Source of the DNA: Botryllus schlosseri | Lineage: Eukaryota | DNA: 64,000 nucleotides | Direction: 5' to 3' | Assembly (NCBI GenBank): GCA_051294905.1 | Contig: CM119371.1 | Location: 3,412,001 to 3,476,000, forward strand | Shown here: piece after piece, positions 51,798 to 64,000 of the stretch | How the letters are laid out: the number at the start of each line of letters is the position of its first letter | Numbering within the stretch: position 1 is the stretch's first letter | The notes under the pieces: model-generated | Database searches by the model: none | The model's input: only the letters and a program-made list of their open reading frames with translations | What the model was told of the DNA's origin: nothing | Translations under genes and position numbers: made by a program

Positions 51798-53630
51798 ATC
51801 TAAAGCCAGGCAAAAGAGATGACACGTGACCTCAATACCATAGTGATGCAGAGACTGGATTCGCAAAATCGTGAAATTATTTGTTATAGTTTCCGTTCAA
51901 AAGCGGTGGCTTTCAAAGGGAACATTGCTGCGGCCAAAATGTTTTCACACTCTCCACTTTCATTTCAGACGTTATATTTAAAGCGCAGTGTCGTTTTAAT
52001 GTGTTATAGTTTTGTCAGTGGGCAGTGAAATCATAAATCACATCCAATATGATGCCCCGACAGTAGAATGCATATTACGTATATCTAATCCAATTAGATA
52101 TGGGAATGAGTGAAAGCAACTCTAATCCATTTGAAAAACCTTCCCTGCAATATGCAGCCAATTATTTACGAATTGTCAATCGATTTAAATCACTAAATTT
52201 ATATTCGATTTATATTCGTACCGGTTCCACGTTCTGTGAGACCATTTCACAGAACGAATATGAACTTGCAAATTCGTTTTCGTATCAAGGGTAAATCGAA
52301 AGAAGTAATCCCGAATGCTATTTTAAGACAAAACGATTTCGGAATTAATGCAATTTTGTTGATTATAATTCAGTTCTACCTAAAAGAATGCACAATGCAC
52401 ATGAATGATGAAATGGTTCGTATCAACGCCAATATAAAAAGTGGGATGCTGTATGACATAAAACCACGAATCCTGCAGAGAGGTGGTCAGTAACGGAGTA
52501 ACTCAACTTTATCAGACTATTCAAGTAGTGCTGTCCACTTACATCGCTTAATCAAGGGGTTGTCATTTTAGACTACTTCTGTTTCTTCTTCTGTGTATTC
52601 GTCATCGTTTTCAGTGAAATTTTTATGGGAGGCGCCTTAAATAGCCCATGTATCACGGTGACTGCATGAACGTATTTTCAAAGATTCCACTCACTTACAG
52701 CGGCTTTACTCGTTTTGCATTAGCCGCGAAGACATATCTTGCAATTTCGAAAGTAGATATCTCCTATAAACTGCTAAACGTATGCGGCCCTTAGACCAAA
52801 TCTACTTTTTAAAACAACTTATTTCACTGCATTTCAGACTAATAAATTTTCTATTCCCACCTCAAGTCAATTCGTGATTTCTTGGAAATTGCTACTTCTA
52901 CTTGTATATCGGCAGCAGCTTACGGTGCTATTTATCGTTCTCCATGAGTCTTAACTCCGACTACTCTGACTACCTCTAATCATTCATGAACTCGTGTTAG
53001 CAACTCTCAGAACCAATCGGAGTACGCTTGGTCACCAGATGTCGTAAATAATCTGGATGAAGTATTAAATTTGTTTCAAAGTTATATAAGTATATGAAGG
53101 TGGTTTACAAGTATCTTTGCCTTATCGTCCCCTTATCAAGCTCGATATATCTTCATCACGCCCCATAATGGTAGAAGTACTATCGGCAACGAAGTAGTTG
53201 AGGTCTTCTTTAGTACTTATTATTATATACTTGTTTTGCTTACTCAAGTAGTTTTGTTCGTATACTACCTCTACTTCAACAATTTTCTTATGGTGCATAC
53301 CAATTTTTGCATACTTGACATTGTCAACTAAAAGTAGATTCTGACGCACTTCAACGATGCCTTGCTTCGAAATTGATATGCAAGCTCACAATCAGCAACG
53401 TGTGAGAGATCATGCCTGAATTTTGTACCACAATTAATTGTATTAAGTATGGGATATCGAATGAAACTAAAATTCATGAATACTGTGCGTTATCACATAA
53501 CCCTGATAACGACACATGTCATGCATGAAACTAAAGCCTCATGATTTCTAGCGTTAGTAACGAATTGGACCTGAATTGACCATTTCATTCAAAGTGATCG
53601 GGCTTATTTAATATACCTAATAAACCGTAT

Positions 53631-53852
53631 CTAAGATACGATGCAACCAAACAATGACTCACAGTATAAAACTTCCAACTCAGTATCGAGATCATTTGCT
53701 ATCTTCTTGACTTTCTGCAATTCGTCTCCTTTCAACATAGCACTTTCAATGCGGTAAATCAATGTTACTTTCTTCAAATTGGAGTTGTTGACGAGAGACG
53801 AAATGCCATCGAGTGAAGCAGGATACAGTAATATGCATCGGATATATTCGAT
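53631..53852 (-). CDS. Terminal exon of the multi-exon gene (IEYIRCILLY...VLYCESLFGCIVS*)
   Basis: Acceptor tcactgcag, phase 0, 73 codons plus TAG; ends in CaaX. Confidence 0.7.
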   Translation of the reverse strand: MEYIRCILLYPASLDGISSLVNNSNLKKVTLIYRIESAMLKGDELQKVKKIANDLDTELEVLYCESLFGCIVS

Positions 53853-54235
53853 CTGCAGTGACAAATTATGACTATTCATATTGTGTATTACAATGATGCT
53901 TATCACTATTGTTGACCACTTCACCAGGGGCCATCATGTATTACAATATACCTTGGATCACCAGTTTGGACGGTTTAGCCTGGCCCGCTAGGCGATTCTG
54001 AAAAAATGGCCGTGTTTTCCGGCACATTTCTATTGCATGTTGAGATTTCTAGTCGGAAACACTTACATTCTCTCAAGTCAGAAAATGTCGAGCATGTTCA
54101 TATGCCACATTATAACCATCCGACCGTGGTGTTGAGGTTACACTGTAGTCACCATCAGCAACAAGTCACTACCATTGACACTAGTGTTACCATAAATCAT
54201 TTTTTCTCACTTTTTTGAAAGTGTTCTAGATGTAC

Positions 54236-55443
54236 GAGGGGTGTTCAAAAAAAACTTTTGTTAAAAAATTTCACCAGCTTACCGGTAGTTGTCAAATCAT
54301 CAGGTTACCTAAAAAAACGTTGCACACCAAATTTGACTCAATTCCAACCAGTAGAAGCCATAGTTCACTTTAATTGAAATTTCGGTCATTTTTGAAATGA
54401 TAGTATTCACAGTGACCAATTGACTAAAAATCGTGTTCCAGGCAGGGATGTCTTTTTCACTTGATTTGATCTTGATACGGACCCACTGCGGGGTTTGGAT
54501 GAAGACATCGCAAGTAAACAAAAAAAAATTATATGACACGGACTACTTCCTGGAGATTGGTTCACTTCATCGAAATAGACATGTTAAAACGATGGTGAGA
54601 TAATTTTCAAATAGAGTAGGCCTACTTTACATACCGAAATTAACGACCACAAAAAGAAAATGAACTGACAAGCAGGTAAAATACATGTAAATATATCTCT
54701 CAAGTGATCTATATTCTTGGACGGTTCAATGTAAATTTCTTCACGATACAATTTGATATTATAAGATATTTTATCATTTGCTCTGTACCACTCATACAGT
54801 ACTATCACGGGTGAATTATAAGACTTATGGGCACCGTGACAGATCTTCTTCCTATCAAAAGTTTTTGTCCTCTATTCATGTCATCCTCCTCCTCCATATT
54901 CGGATACTATAATATAATTGTATCCATATATCATGGTAAAACACCGATGACTTTTATGACTCCATGACAGGGGGGTCAGAAATACTATTCAGTGGCATAG
55001 CCCATTCTGAATTACAATCAGTACTATTTTCAATGCCCTCGATCAGTCAATGTCAAACAGCAGAGAAATATTCGAACACTGAGCTGCAGAGGAATGCAAT
55101 ATATGTCTCTGTGGATGAGGTTTTGTGAATGGCGACTTTGCAATCAGTAAAAAAATGCCCGGCATAACTAGGATAGATTTCGTCAAATCTAAATTCGTCC
55201 GACAAAAATACTCCTAGATATGACTATCACATGAGAAATAGATATACCTGTATTTTACTCGTTTGTCACTTCATTTTCTTTTCGTGGTCGTTAATATTAG
55301 TGTGTTAAGTACTCTATTTGAAAATTATCTCATCATTGTTTTAACATTGAATTAAATTTGGTGTGCAAGGTTTTTTATGTCACCTGACGATTTGACAATT
55401 AGGCCGATGAAATTTGAAGAAAAAAGTTTTTTCAACACCCCCA
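54236..55443. mobile_element. Long-TIR fold-back element (TAGGGGTGTTC family) in the last intron
   Basis: ggggtgttcaaaaaaaac / gttttttcaacacccc; 54580-54710 inverted at 55225-55347; flanks agatgtac / aggagcac (5/8). Confidence 0.75.
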
Positions 55444-56499
55444 AGGAGCACGTTCAAATTTTTTTTAAGGATTTGTCCTCTATTTTGAAAATTTTGGTAA
55501 AATGTATATGAAAATTCAACTGAGAAATTTTGAAATAAGTATATTACTGAAGTAACGCTCCAGCAGGTCTTTCGTGAGTTGAGCCAGAATGGTGACCCTT
55601 TTTTTACTCCACCAACTACAAAATTGGAATATATTTGCCATTTTTTTGAATTTCACTCCTGTATTGCAAGTCTGAATTTTTTTTAAAGGTGTCCTCTTTT
55701 CATATTCCCAAAATATGGTAACCCTAATCGACACTCAATTCTGAGAAGGCGAAAAAGTGCTCAGTGAGTTCACAGTTTCATGCAAAAACGGACCGCAAAG
55801 TAGTTATCTGCCGAACTGGATAATATAATTATGACACCAAAACATAATTTAAATATCTGTGGTCGCACTCCTTTTGCGCTTATGACTCAACATCTCCTTG
55901 GCTCCCGGAAAAACCCGAATCACGATGTAAAAATGATTAACCAAATTTCAACGTCTACGTTTACGGTTAAACCGCTTGAATTCCTCACAACGCTGACACA
56001 GGATTGTCATATTCCGACGAAAACAAAGGAAGCATAGCAATTCGGCAACGTATATCGTCGGTCCGACCATTCATCGTAATTTCGCCAATTCGGTTGTTTG
56101 CGAATAATAAAGGTATTGAGGGAATAGAACCCGATGACTGTGATATATCGTGATTAATATAATGCGTATAAGATTCATAACCAAGTATTCAAGTGAAAAA
56201 CAAGGGCATGGATTTTAAGGAAATATGTTGGAATCATTTGACTGGTCCGGCCCGCGAGTGCTCTTAAAATTTGATTCAGACCAGCGACGCCAGTTGAGTT
56301 TGACACCCCTGCTTTAGATGAACAAATTACCAGGAATCACAAACTTCGCAAGTGCGGTGGATATCTCGGGCATGGAATATAAGATAATTCATGTGGAGGG
56401 GACTCGTACTGTGCAGCAGAATTCAATGATAAATGTGCGATGGTGGTAGAACAACGTTCAATATATCCAATGTAACTAATACTAGATGATAAGTACTAC

Positions 56500-56667
56500 C
56501 TTCTTTTGCTGACAAGCTTCTAACGTCTTCCTGAATTCATCTGCTTTCTCAACGTAAAAATTTGCATGGATATGAAGGGGAACCGAAATTGCTCTCCCGC
56601 GCTCCAAAATTAGTTTGTAAACGTCGACGGGTATCAGGCCATTCACGGCAATATTCAGGAGATCCAA
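56500..56667 (-). CDS. Internal exon (LDLLNIAVNG...LEACQQKK), 56 codons
   Basis: cattttag acceptor, aag|gtagta donor, phase 0/0, open. Confidence 0.7.
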
Positions 56668-56801
56668 CTAAAATGCGGAATTTTTTTTTTTCAGACTTGA
56701 AGATAGCCACGGAAGAGATCATAGGGTCCGAAGTCACATAAAATCATAGGTAAATATAAATGCGTTTGTAAATACTTTATGAATAGAATCGGGAATCGTA
56801 C

Positions 56802-56879
56802 TTGATACAATTCCCAGCAAGTCTCAATCATCGACCAGTCGATGCTTTCTTCTGTGCAATCGAGCAGGATCTTGCTTAT
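56802..56879 (-). CDS. Internal exon (ISKILLDCTEESIDWSMIETCWELYQ), 26 codons
   Basis: gtgttcag acceptor, caa|gtacga donor, phase 0/0, open; too short for the ORF track. Confidence 0.6.
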
Positions 56880-57124
56880 CTGAACACAATATTGGTTTCA
56901 TTAGGTAAGATTACTTGATTGTTACGATGTATTCCCATTTGAATAAATATTTATATAGTTTCAGTACAATAGTGATTAGTATGAATTCTTCGATTCTCCA
57001 TAATGCATGTACTACATCGGTTTTAGTCTCATCAAAGAACATGTTTTTTTTTATGTCTACTTATGAATATGATATGCATTGTACAAACGGTTGATAAAGA
57101 AGATGATGGTGAAAGTAGTCATCG

Positions 57125-57358
57125 TAGGTGGTCAAGTAGAAGTAACGCCTTCAATTTCTACCCAAGTAGAGGTATAAGAATCAATATGCAGGTAGTAAAA
57201 AAGTGAGTACTCAAGGTCTAGTATTGTCCGAAAAATTGAAACAGCAAATAGAATTGAAATTACTCTAAAATCATAACCACTTGAGTAATTAGTTAAGTAG
57301 GAATAATCTACTTGAATTACTACGACAAGTAGAAGTACTTTGTTACTGACCACCTCTG
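57125..57358. mobile_element. CAGAGGTGGTCAGTAA-family MITE (AGTAGAAGTA motifs)
   Basis: Ends ttactgaccacctctg; related ends at 50516, ~52478, ~58190-58459, ~59930-60100, and inside the 26.3 and 32.6 kb duplicates. Confidence 0.65.
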
Positions 57359-59138
57359 GATATAGGTTGTAAGGAACTCTGGCTATCACTCATGTTTTCC
57401 CGAACTTACCTATATACTTGGCACGAAGAAGCATACCTTATTTGAATTGTTAACTGCCAGCTTTCCAAAACCATTATGTGTAGCATGCATAGTTGATTTT
57501 GACCTCTGACAACGCCAATGCTTGAGCGTACAATTTCACTTATAAAATGGATGAAAATTTATCCATGAAGTACTTTATATTTTCCAAAATCAAAATTTAT
57601 GAAAACTTAACACGAACTACTTTATCCGTATCAGAATACAAAATACAACAAGCGATTAGTCTCGTAAAATAGGGTTAACATATTCTGGTTTCGGGTAAAA
57701 ATGATAAACTTTTTCCACTTCGGAGTCAGTTGACTATAAAAAAGGTCAACTTTCGCTCAGCTCACAAAATACCCGCCTGACAGTTAATTCAGTGTTATTT
57801 AATGGTATCTCGGTCGAATTTGGCCCTGTGTTTCAGCAAAATTCTGAAAAAAAGAGGACAAAATCTCAAAAAGGAGGACATTTAGTCGTCCTCGGAGGAC
57901 ATTTCCAATACCCCGAAAAAGGAGGATAAGACCTCATAAAAGTGGACGTATGATAACCCTATGTAAAAGAACCACTCATGTAGAATTGAAAGTAGTCAAA
58001 AACATTGCTGCTTGAAAAAGTAGCGAATGTAGGCAAAGTTTTGGAGTAGTACTGGTACTGGTTTGTTAACCACATCTATTAACGAGTGACTTACATATTT
58101 CCAGAGCACATGGTTATTATGACAATTTCACTCATAATTTTAATGGAAACTGACGAACGGCTTAATGCTTTTCAGAATGCAAATTGTAACCAGTGAGTAG
58201 ACTTGCCGAAAAATTGCTCAAGTCGAAACAGAAAGACGACCACTTGCGTAAGTACTTAAAGTATCAAAACTGTATTAACCCCATCCGTCAGAAGACTACT
58301 TTTCAGAGTACAAAACAGGTTATGCCTACTTACATTACTAGCCCAATTGGTTTCGATTTTAAGTTACTTCCATTTCTACTCGTACAGCTCTTTCACAAAT
58401 GCACGTACTTTTCACACATTAGATTTCTAAAAGCAGAAATTCAAAAGTAGCCACCACTGATAAACTGCAAAATATTTGCAAAACATCGACTAAAAATACT
58501 TTTGAAAACTTTTTACTTGAGTACTTTCCAGGCCTTACATTTTCTACTTTGAACAGGTGTTTTAATAGCTAACTTTACTTGGAATCGTGTATAAATTCAA
58601 ACCATTACTTCTGCTTGGACTTGATTAGCGACGCTGACAACATTAACCAATTCTGCGTATACTCCAGACCGACTGGCAATATTATGAACGCAAGTTAAGT
58701 AGAAATTGACAGCACAAGTTATAAATTGAAACTTGCATCTTACTGCACTGCGCATTCTCTTGTTACTAAAAATATCGAATTCGATATCTTATAAGATTTT
58801 TGCATTATATGCTCTTATTAAAATAAGGCCATATCCACTGTAGTGAAATTGTAACAGCGAGCCATAAAATCATGCCTTGAACCCCAAAACGGATTGGCCA
58901 CCTGCAAACTACCCAACCATTACTATTATTAATTCAAGCGCGCACAAGCAAGCATTCGGTTACTTATTTTTGTTAGACATTCAGGTATTGATTACTGGAT
59001 TACCTCCTGTATGATGAAGTACATTTGAAAGTAGAAGCAAATAGAATAGTCGGATCATTCAACCGTGATTCAGAGTTCAAATCCACACCAAACATGAAAC
59101 TAAATATATAGCATAAGAAAAATATATCTGTAACTGAC

Positions 59139-59279
59139 CTTTTTTACTTTCCACTCTAATAACTCCCGCAAACCAGCCTGCTTGACACACAGTTCTTCAA
59201 TCAATTCTACATCAAAGAGGTTCATAAAAAATTTCACTGCTGCGAGGGAATGAACCTTTTTGAAGGATAGAGTGGAATC
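59139..59279 (-). CDS. Internal exon (DSTLSFKKVH...LLEWKVKK), 47 codons
   Basis: tatttccgcag acceptor, aag|gtcagt donor, phase 0/0, open. Confidence 0.7.
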
Positions 59280-60773
59280 CTGCGGAAATAGAGTGTTGCG
59301 AGTGAGGTCACAATCCGCCAACAAGAAGCCTTAAGATATATGTGTGACTGAAGAATTTTATTGGTAAAATTCAAAAGAAATATCAATGACTTGCAAACAG
59401 ATAAATCAAAGTCAAGACGAGAAATTACTCCAACACCTCACACCGTAAGGGTTAGAATACGATGCCTTCGAAAATTGTCAATTTGGCGCGCCGCCCAAGT
59501 AAAATAATCGTCGTACAGAGCACTCAAACACAAACTCAATGAAAAGGCGCAACAGAATGTACAACGTAGATAATGCACACTAGGAAATTAACTCAATAAA
59601 AAGCAATCAAGCAACCAAGTCAGTTAGATCGCTTTCGGCTTGCATATCGCACGATCACTCGAGGTTCGTTTTACCATAGTGACTACTACTGCATACTGCA
59701 GGGTAGGCTAAATCGTCTGCGTTCTGAGAACATATCTTTTCAAACCAGTCACCTGAAATAGCGCACATGAACCACGTAACCGCTACATGCATTATATTGA
59801 TCTAAACTTTTTGGGAAATATATTAGTCTGTCCACATCTATTTTGCGCCAAGCATGAAGAAATTTTGGACTCTGCACCTGAATTTCTTCGTCTTGGTCCC
59901 TCTCTTCCTCTCTATGTGGAAGTACATAATACTTCTACTTGATAATTTGTAAATATCGAAAAGTAAGTTGGTAAATCTCAAAATATGACAGAGTACAAGT
60001 ACAAGTAGAGTGTCGGAAATAGGATTTACTTGTTTAAGAGCTACAAGTACGGGAGTAGGCCTACTTGAGTACTTTGGAAAAGTAGAAGTAATTGGTCATT
60101 GACAATTTCTGGGTTTGAATTAAAAGAATATTTAAATTCGCTTCAACTCTTAATCACCGTGTCATTGTATTGGTTATTTGAATTGACCAAAGCTGAATAA
60201 CGTTACATTCAAGGCTATTTGATTTAAGTAAACCAAGCAATTCGATTCCAAATCGCATCTCTTACAACGTTGTTTTAATAGATCGAAGCAGAACTTTGTC
60301 CAGAATATACGTTGAATGCCCCCCTCCCACTCCCACACACAATGATTCAGGGAGAAGCTCTTCAATTATTCAGTGCCAGAATTCGAAATATTTTGAAAAG
60401 TTGTCTTGCTTGTTCAAAACAACAAATGGCAAAAACCCCATCCCTAGATTTAAAATGATCTAAAATCCCGAAGGGAATTGAAAATTAAAGTACTGTGACA
60501 ACAAAAAATCTTTAGGTTCAGCAGGCAAAAAACTTACTTATGAAATGATGACAAGCTGTAAGCTTACTATTCCTACAAAATTATTGCATCTTCAAAACGT
60601 TCAAAATTACGTCATGAGCTACAGCTTGGCGATACTACACTGCGAGGTGATCGCTTCACGCGCCTAGCGTTGTCTACAGTTGCGCGCATAGTGAAGTCAG
60701 TGAAATGAGCGAAAGTTCAATCCAATCAGAAGTATGTACTCGTTATCAAAGTTGAATCATCTTGATATCAAAC

Positions 60774-60896
60774 CTTGATGTTGAAGTGCCCTTCAATTGT
60801 AACCATGACAGAAAATCTGTTACTTCGACTTATCTTGATGACATCTTTTTCGTTCTTCAATTCAACCCATTCTTCTCCTACATTCAGCTTGACAAC
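60774..60896 (-). CDS. Internal exon (VVKLNVGEEWVELKNEKDVIKISRSNRFSVMVTIEGHFNIK), 41 codons
   Basis: atattcag acceptor, aag|gtttga donor, phase 0/0, open; absent from the ORF track. Confidence 0.65.
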
Positions 60897-61192
60897 CTGA
60901 ATATTGTTCAAATATGAAACGCGAGATCGTGCATTTTATCGATCATCCAACAAATATCGTGACGTCGTATCGCAGATACAGTGACGACCGAAGCATCACA
61001 GATCATCATATGTTACACGTCATCGACACGGGTCACTGATTTTACCGGCGTTTTTGTCAGTGGCGCCATTTTGGGACATTTGCGACTCGATATCTCCGCA
61101 AACACTCGTTTATATGAGGCATGAATTATATTGGCGACATCAGAAGAAAAAACTCTACGAATCGAGACAAAGACATTTTGGTCAATCTAGTT

Positions 61193-62354
61193 CAGTGGTT
61201 CTCAACCGGGGGTCCGCGGACCCCTGGGGGTCCGCGAAGCATTTTCAGGGGGTCCGCGAAGCCTCAGGATAGTTGATATGCTGATTTTTATTGTTTTTAA
61301 ATTTGGAAAATCACGAGTCAGTTACGCTTCATTACTATTAATACTGCATAGCTCACATCAACCGAATGGCAGTCTGAGATGAAATATCCTACCACGCAGA
61401 CTCATTTTAATTGCTAAATTGCCACCAGCCTACGGACGCAACATTTTCCTGTTTAGAGATGTTTTGTTGCGGGGATTGTGGAAAAAAGTTGGATGAGTAA
61501 GGTGTTTAGGAAATGTTTACAAAGATCCATTTCCCCCTGCGACATATAAAACCATTTTACCGAAATAACGTCCAAATAAGCTACTTAGATCGGTGGTTCT
61601 CAAACTGAAAGGGGCACCCCTCTTGGGGGGCGTGAAAGCATCTGAAGGGGGCGCGAAGCTGCGGCCAACTGAAAGTTGTTTCTCGCTCCACGCGGTTTAC
61701 CTCCAATTCATGGTTGTTGCCCGGTGTATAGTCCGAATTTCGTATTTGAGAATACTCTCATCAACAGTCATAACCTTCCATGCCATCAAACTGTAAATTG
61801 CAATTGCTAGCACTCTGGTTTCATTTTGTGATATGACGATAAGTGGCCGCGAAATTTTTCACGATCATAAGGGGGGCGTGTCTAAAAAAGTTTGAGAACC
61901 ACTGTGCTAGATAGAAATGACTATACGCTTGACATTATCTGTTCATTAAAAAAATGTCTGTCAATGTTGGTTGCCATATTTGTTGCGATTATGTGTCGTC
62001 TGAAGCGTATCGCGTTATCATTACATTCGCCACCACCTATATTGTTGAAATGGATTTTCGGCACTCGCTAATATCCTATCGAAGGCGCGGATTCCCAAGA
62101 CGAGACCACGTATTTCAAGAAATGCAATTGCAGAATTCGCTTTGAAATAATAAAAGTCAGTTGACACAATCTCTACATGGATTATTTGGAATAAAAGTCA
62201 TTTTGCTGCTGTTTATCACTGAGCCTACAGTCATGAGATCAGATGACGAGTGCGCGATAATTGAGCTAAATCTGAACCAAATCATTCTGGGGGTCCGCGG
62301 GGGTCGTAACGGTCCGAAAGGGGTCCGCGAAGACAAAAAGGTTGAGAACCACTG
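61193..62354. mobile_element. hAT Charlie-like element (GGGGTCCGCG motifs) with a nested MITE
   Basis: TIR cagtggttctcaacc / ggttgagaaccactg; perfect TSD atctagtt. Confidence 0.93.
61591..61904. mobile_element. Nested hAT MITE
   Basis: cggtggttctcaaact / agtttgagaaccactg; flanks acttagat / tgctagat. Confidence 0.8.
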
Positions 62355-63036
62355 ATCTAGTTGCTCTTTAAAGCAAATCGTTAGCACCCAAAACCGTATT
62401 CCTGTATTAACACGAATTCACGAATGAATTTCGTCTTTTGATCCGAGCGCGAAATTGGACAGTTTCCTAGTGTGAGCATGTAACTCAGAATTACTTCATG
62501 GACATCATATTGACTCCTATATTAAAGGAAGACAAAATGCTGCAGTCCAAAACGCTGTTATGTTCAGTAAAAACTTTTTCGATGCACACTTTGTTGATAA
62601 AGACTGGTAATTATCTGTTGCGTACCGACAATGTCTACAATATGCACAATCCAGGATTTTTACGATACTAGCAATGTTACTTGTTTCTCACGCAGTGCAT
62701 TTTTTAGCGGCACGCGGCGTTCAATTACGTGAATGGGACATAATTTGTCAAAATATTGATGCACAACTTGATGACCGCCAGACTGACGGGTATCGATCAC
62801 ACCAATACCAAATTTCATTAGATTGCATTCATTTCATTCATTCCCAATTCAGTAAAAATCGGATTATTGTTAACGAGGTCGTGGCACTAGCTCTGCGCTC
62901 ATATTGCTGCCACTACGCTACATGATCCCCCATTTCACCAAATTCGATTACATAGCTCGATATTAATGACACAGTGCGGATATTAAGAAATCATATCAGT
63001 GGGTAAATACTGTACGGCTTAGTGATGAAAGCAGAG

Positions 63037-63851
63037 TGGGACTGTTAAAAAATATTCTTCAGAATTCACTGGCTATGTGGTAAAAATGTTTGGTTGGTTG
63101 AAACAACGCTGTAAACCAAATTTGGCTTCAAGACAAACTAGTAGAAGCAAGATTCTTGCTGTAAAAAGTTTGGAATTTATAATTTAAAAAAAAATTCAAA
63201 GTTTTTCTTTCAACCCCATAAAATTGTTAGGCGGTCAGTAGTGATGATGCATACCAAATTTGGCTCAATTCCAACCGCTAGGAGCGATGTTATTGCTGTA
63301 GTAAAATTTCAAATTCCATGATTTTATAGCAAATAATTATAGCTTTCAATACAACATCCACTGTAGTACAATATTTAAACACAAATACTTTTCAGCACAC
63401 TAAAGGGATTGAGATGGATTTAGAAGCAAAACCAAATCTGTTTAAATCCCTTCAATGTGCCGTTAACTCTTGAAAGAGGCAATAAAAAAATATTTGAGTT
63501 TAATAAATATTCTACTACAATGGATTTTGTATTGAAAGCTATATTCAAGTTCTGTACCACGAATCAGCTATTTGAATAAATAATAATTTTATTCGAATCC
63601 AAATTTTTTGTACCGCAATAACTTCGCTTCTAGTGGCTGGAATTGAGCCATATTTGGTGTGCATTATCTCTACTGACAGCCCAACAATTTTACGTTGTTG
63701 ACAAAAAAAATTTAAAATTTTATTTTTTAATGATAAATCCAAAAGAATCGCTTCTACTGGTTGAAACTGACCCAAAGTTGGCGTTGTTTTCGCCTACCTA
63801 ACAATTTTATAACAAGGCCGAAGAAATCTAAAGGTTTTTTGAACAGCCCTA
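63037..63851. mobile_element. Fold-back hAT MITE, TAGGGCTGTTC family
   Basis: tgggactgttaaaaa / ttttgaacagcccta, long inverted arms; flanks aagcagag / atgcagag. Confidence 0.88.
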
Positions 63852-64000
63852 ATGCAGAGAATGTATGTATAATGCTTTCTATGACTATGGTGTCACCAAT
63901 CATGTGCGATTGTCACGTCACAAGTCTCCGCATACCCACATAAAATTATAGTGGCTTGTTAGTGCACAACTAAATCATAGAATCGATCTCACTTCCCAAT

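Noticed and set aside
56330..56410. Additional exon of the CaaX gene
   Set aside because: Phase-0 reading hits a stop; other phases do not fit the flanking exons.

Overview
AT-rich eukaryotic (animal) genomic DNA, not prokaryotic: there are GT-AG introns, SINE/LINE fragments and a very high density of non-autonomous DNA transposons. The mix resembles an ascidian or similar marine invertebrate (inference only). Most ORF-track entries are noise; the coding signal is in short minus-strand exons. Main content: (1) a probable gene start (MAEGG...) running off the left edge; (2) a tandemly duplicated, decayed SH3-like segment at 8.3-12.3 kb; (3) a 20-43.5 kb array of duplicated, mostly broken RRM-encoding exons, followed by weak NACHT/LRR-like remnants; (4) the 3' part of an apparently intact multi-exon gene at 53.6-60.9 kb with all phase-0 exons and a C-terminal CaaX box (CIVS); (5) many hAT MITEs with 8-bp TSDs, often nested; (6) two near-identical CR1/L2-group LINE 3' ends and tRNA-derived SINEs; (7) a 1.33-kb fold-back element filled with TTAGGG-containing repeats. 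All domain calls come from manual motif reading and need HMM or RNA-seq confirmation.
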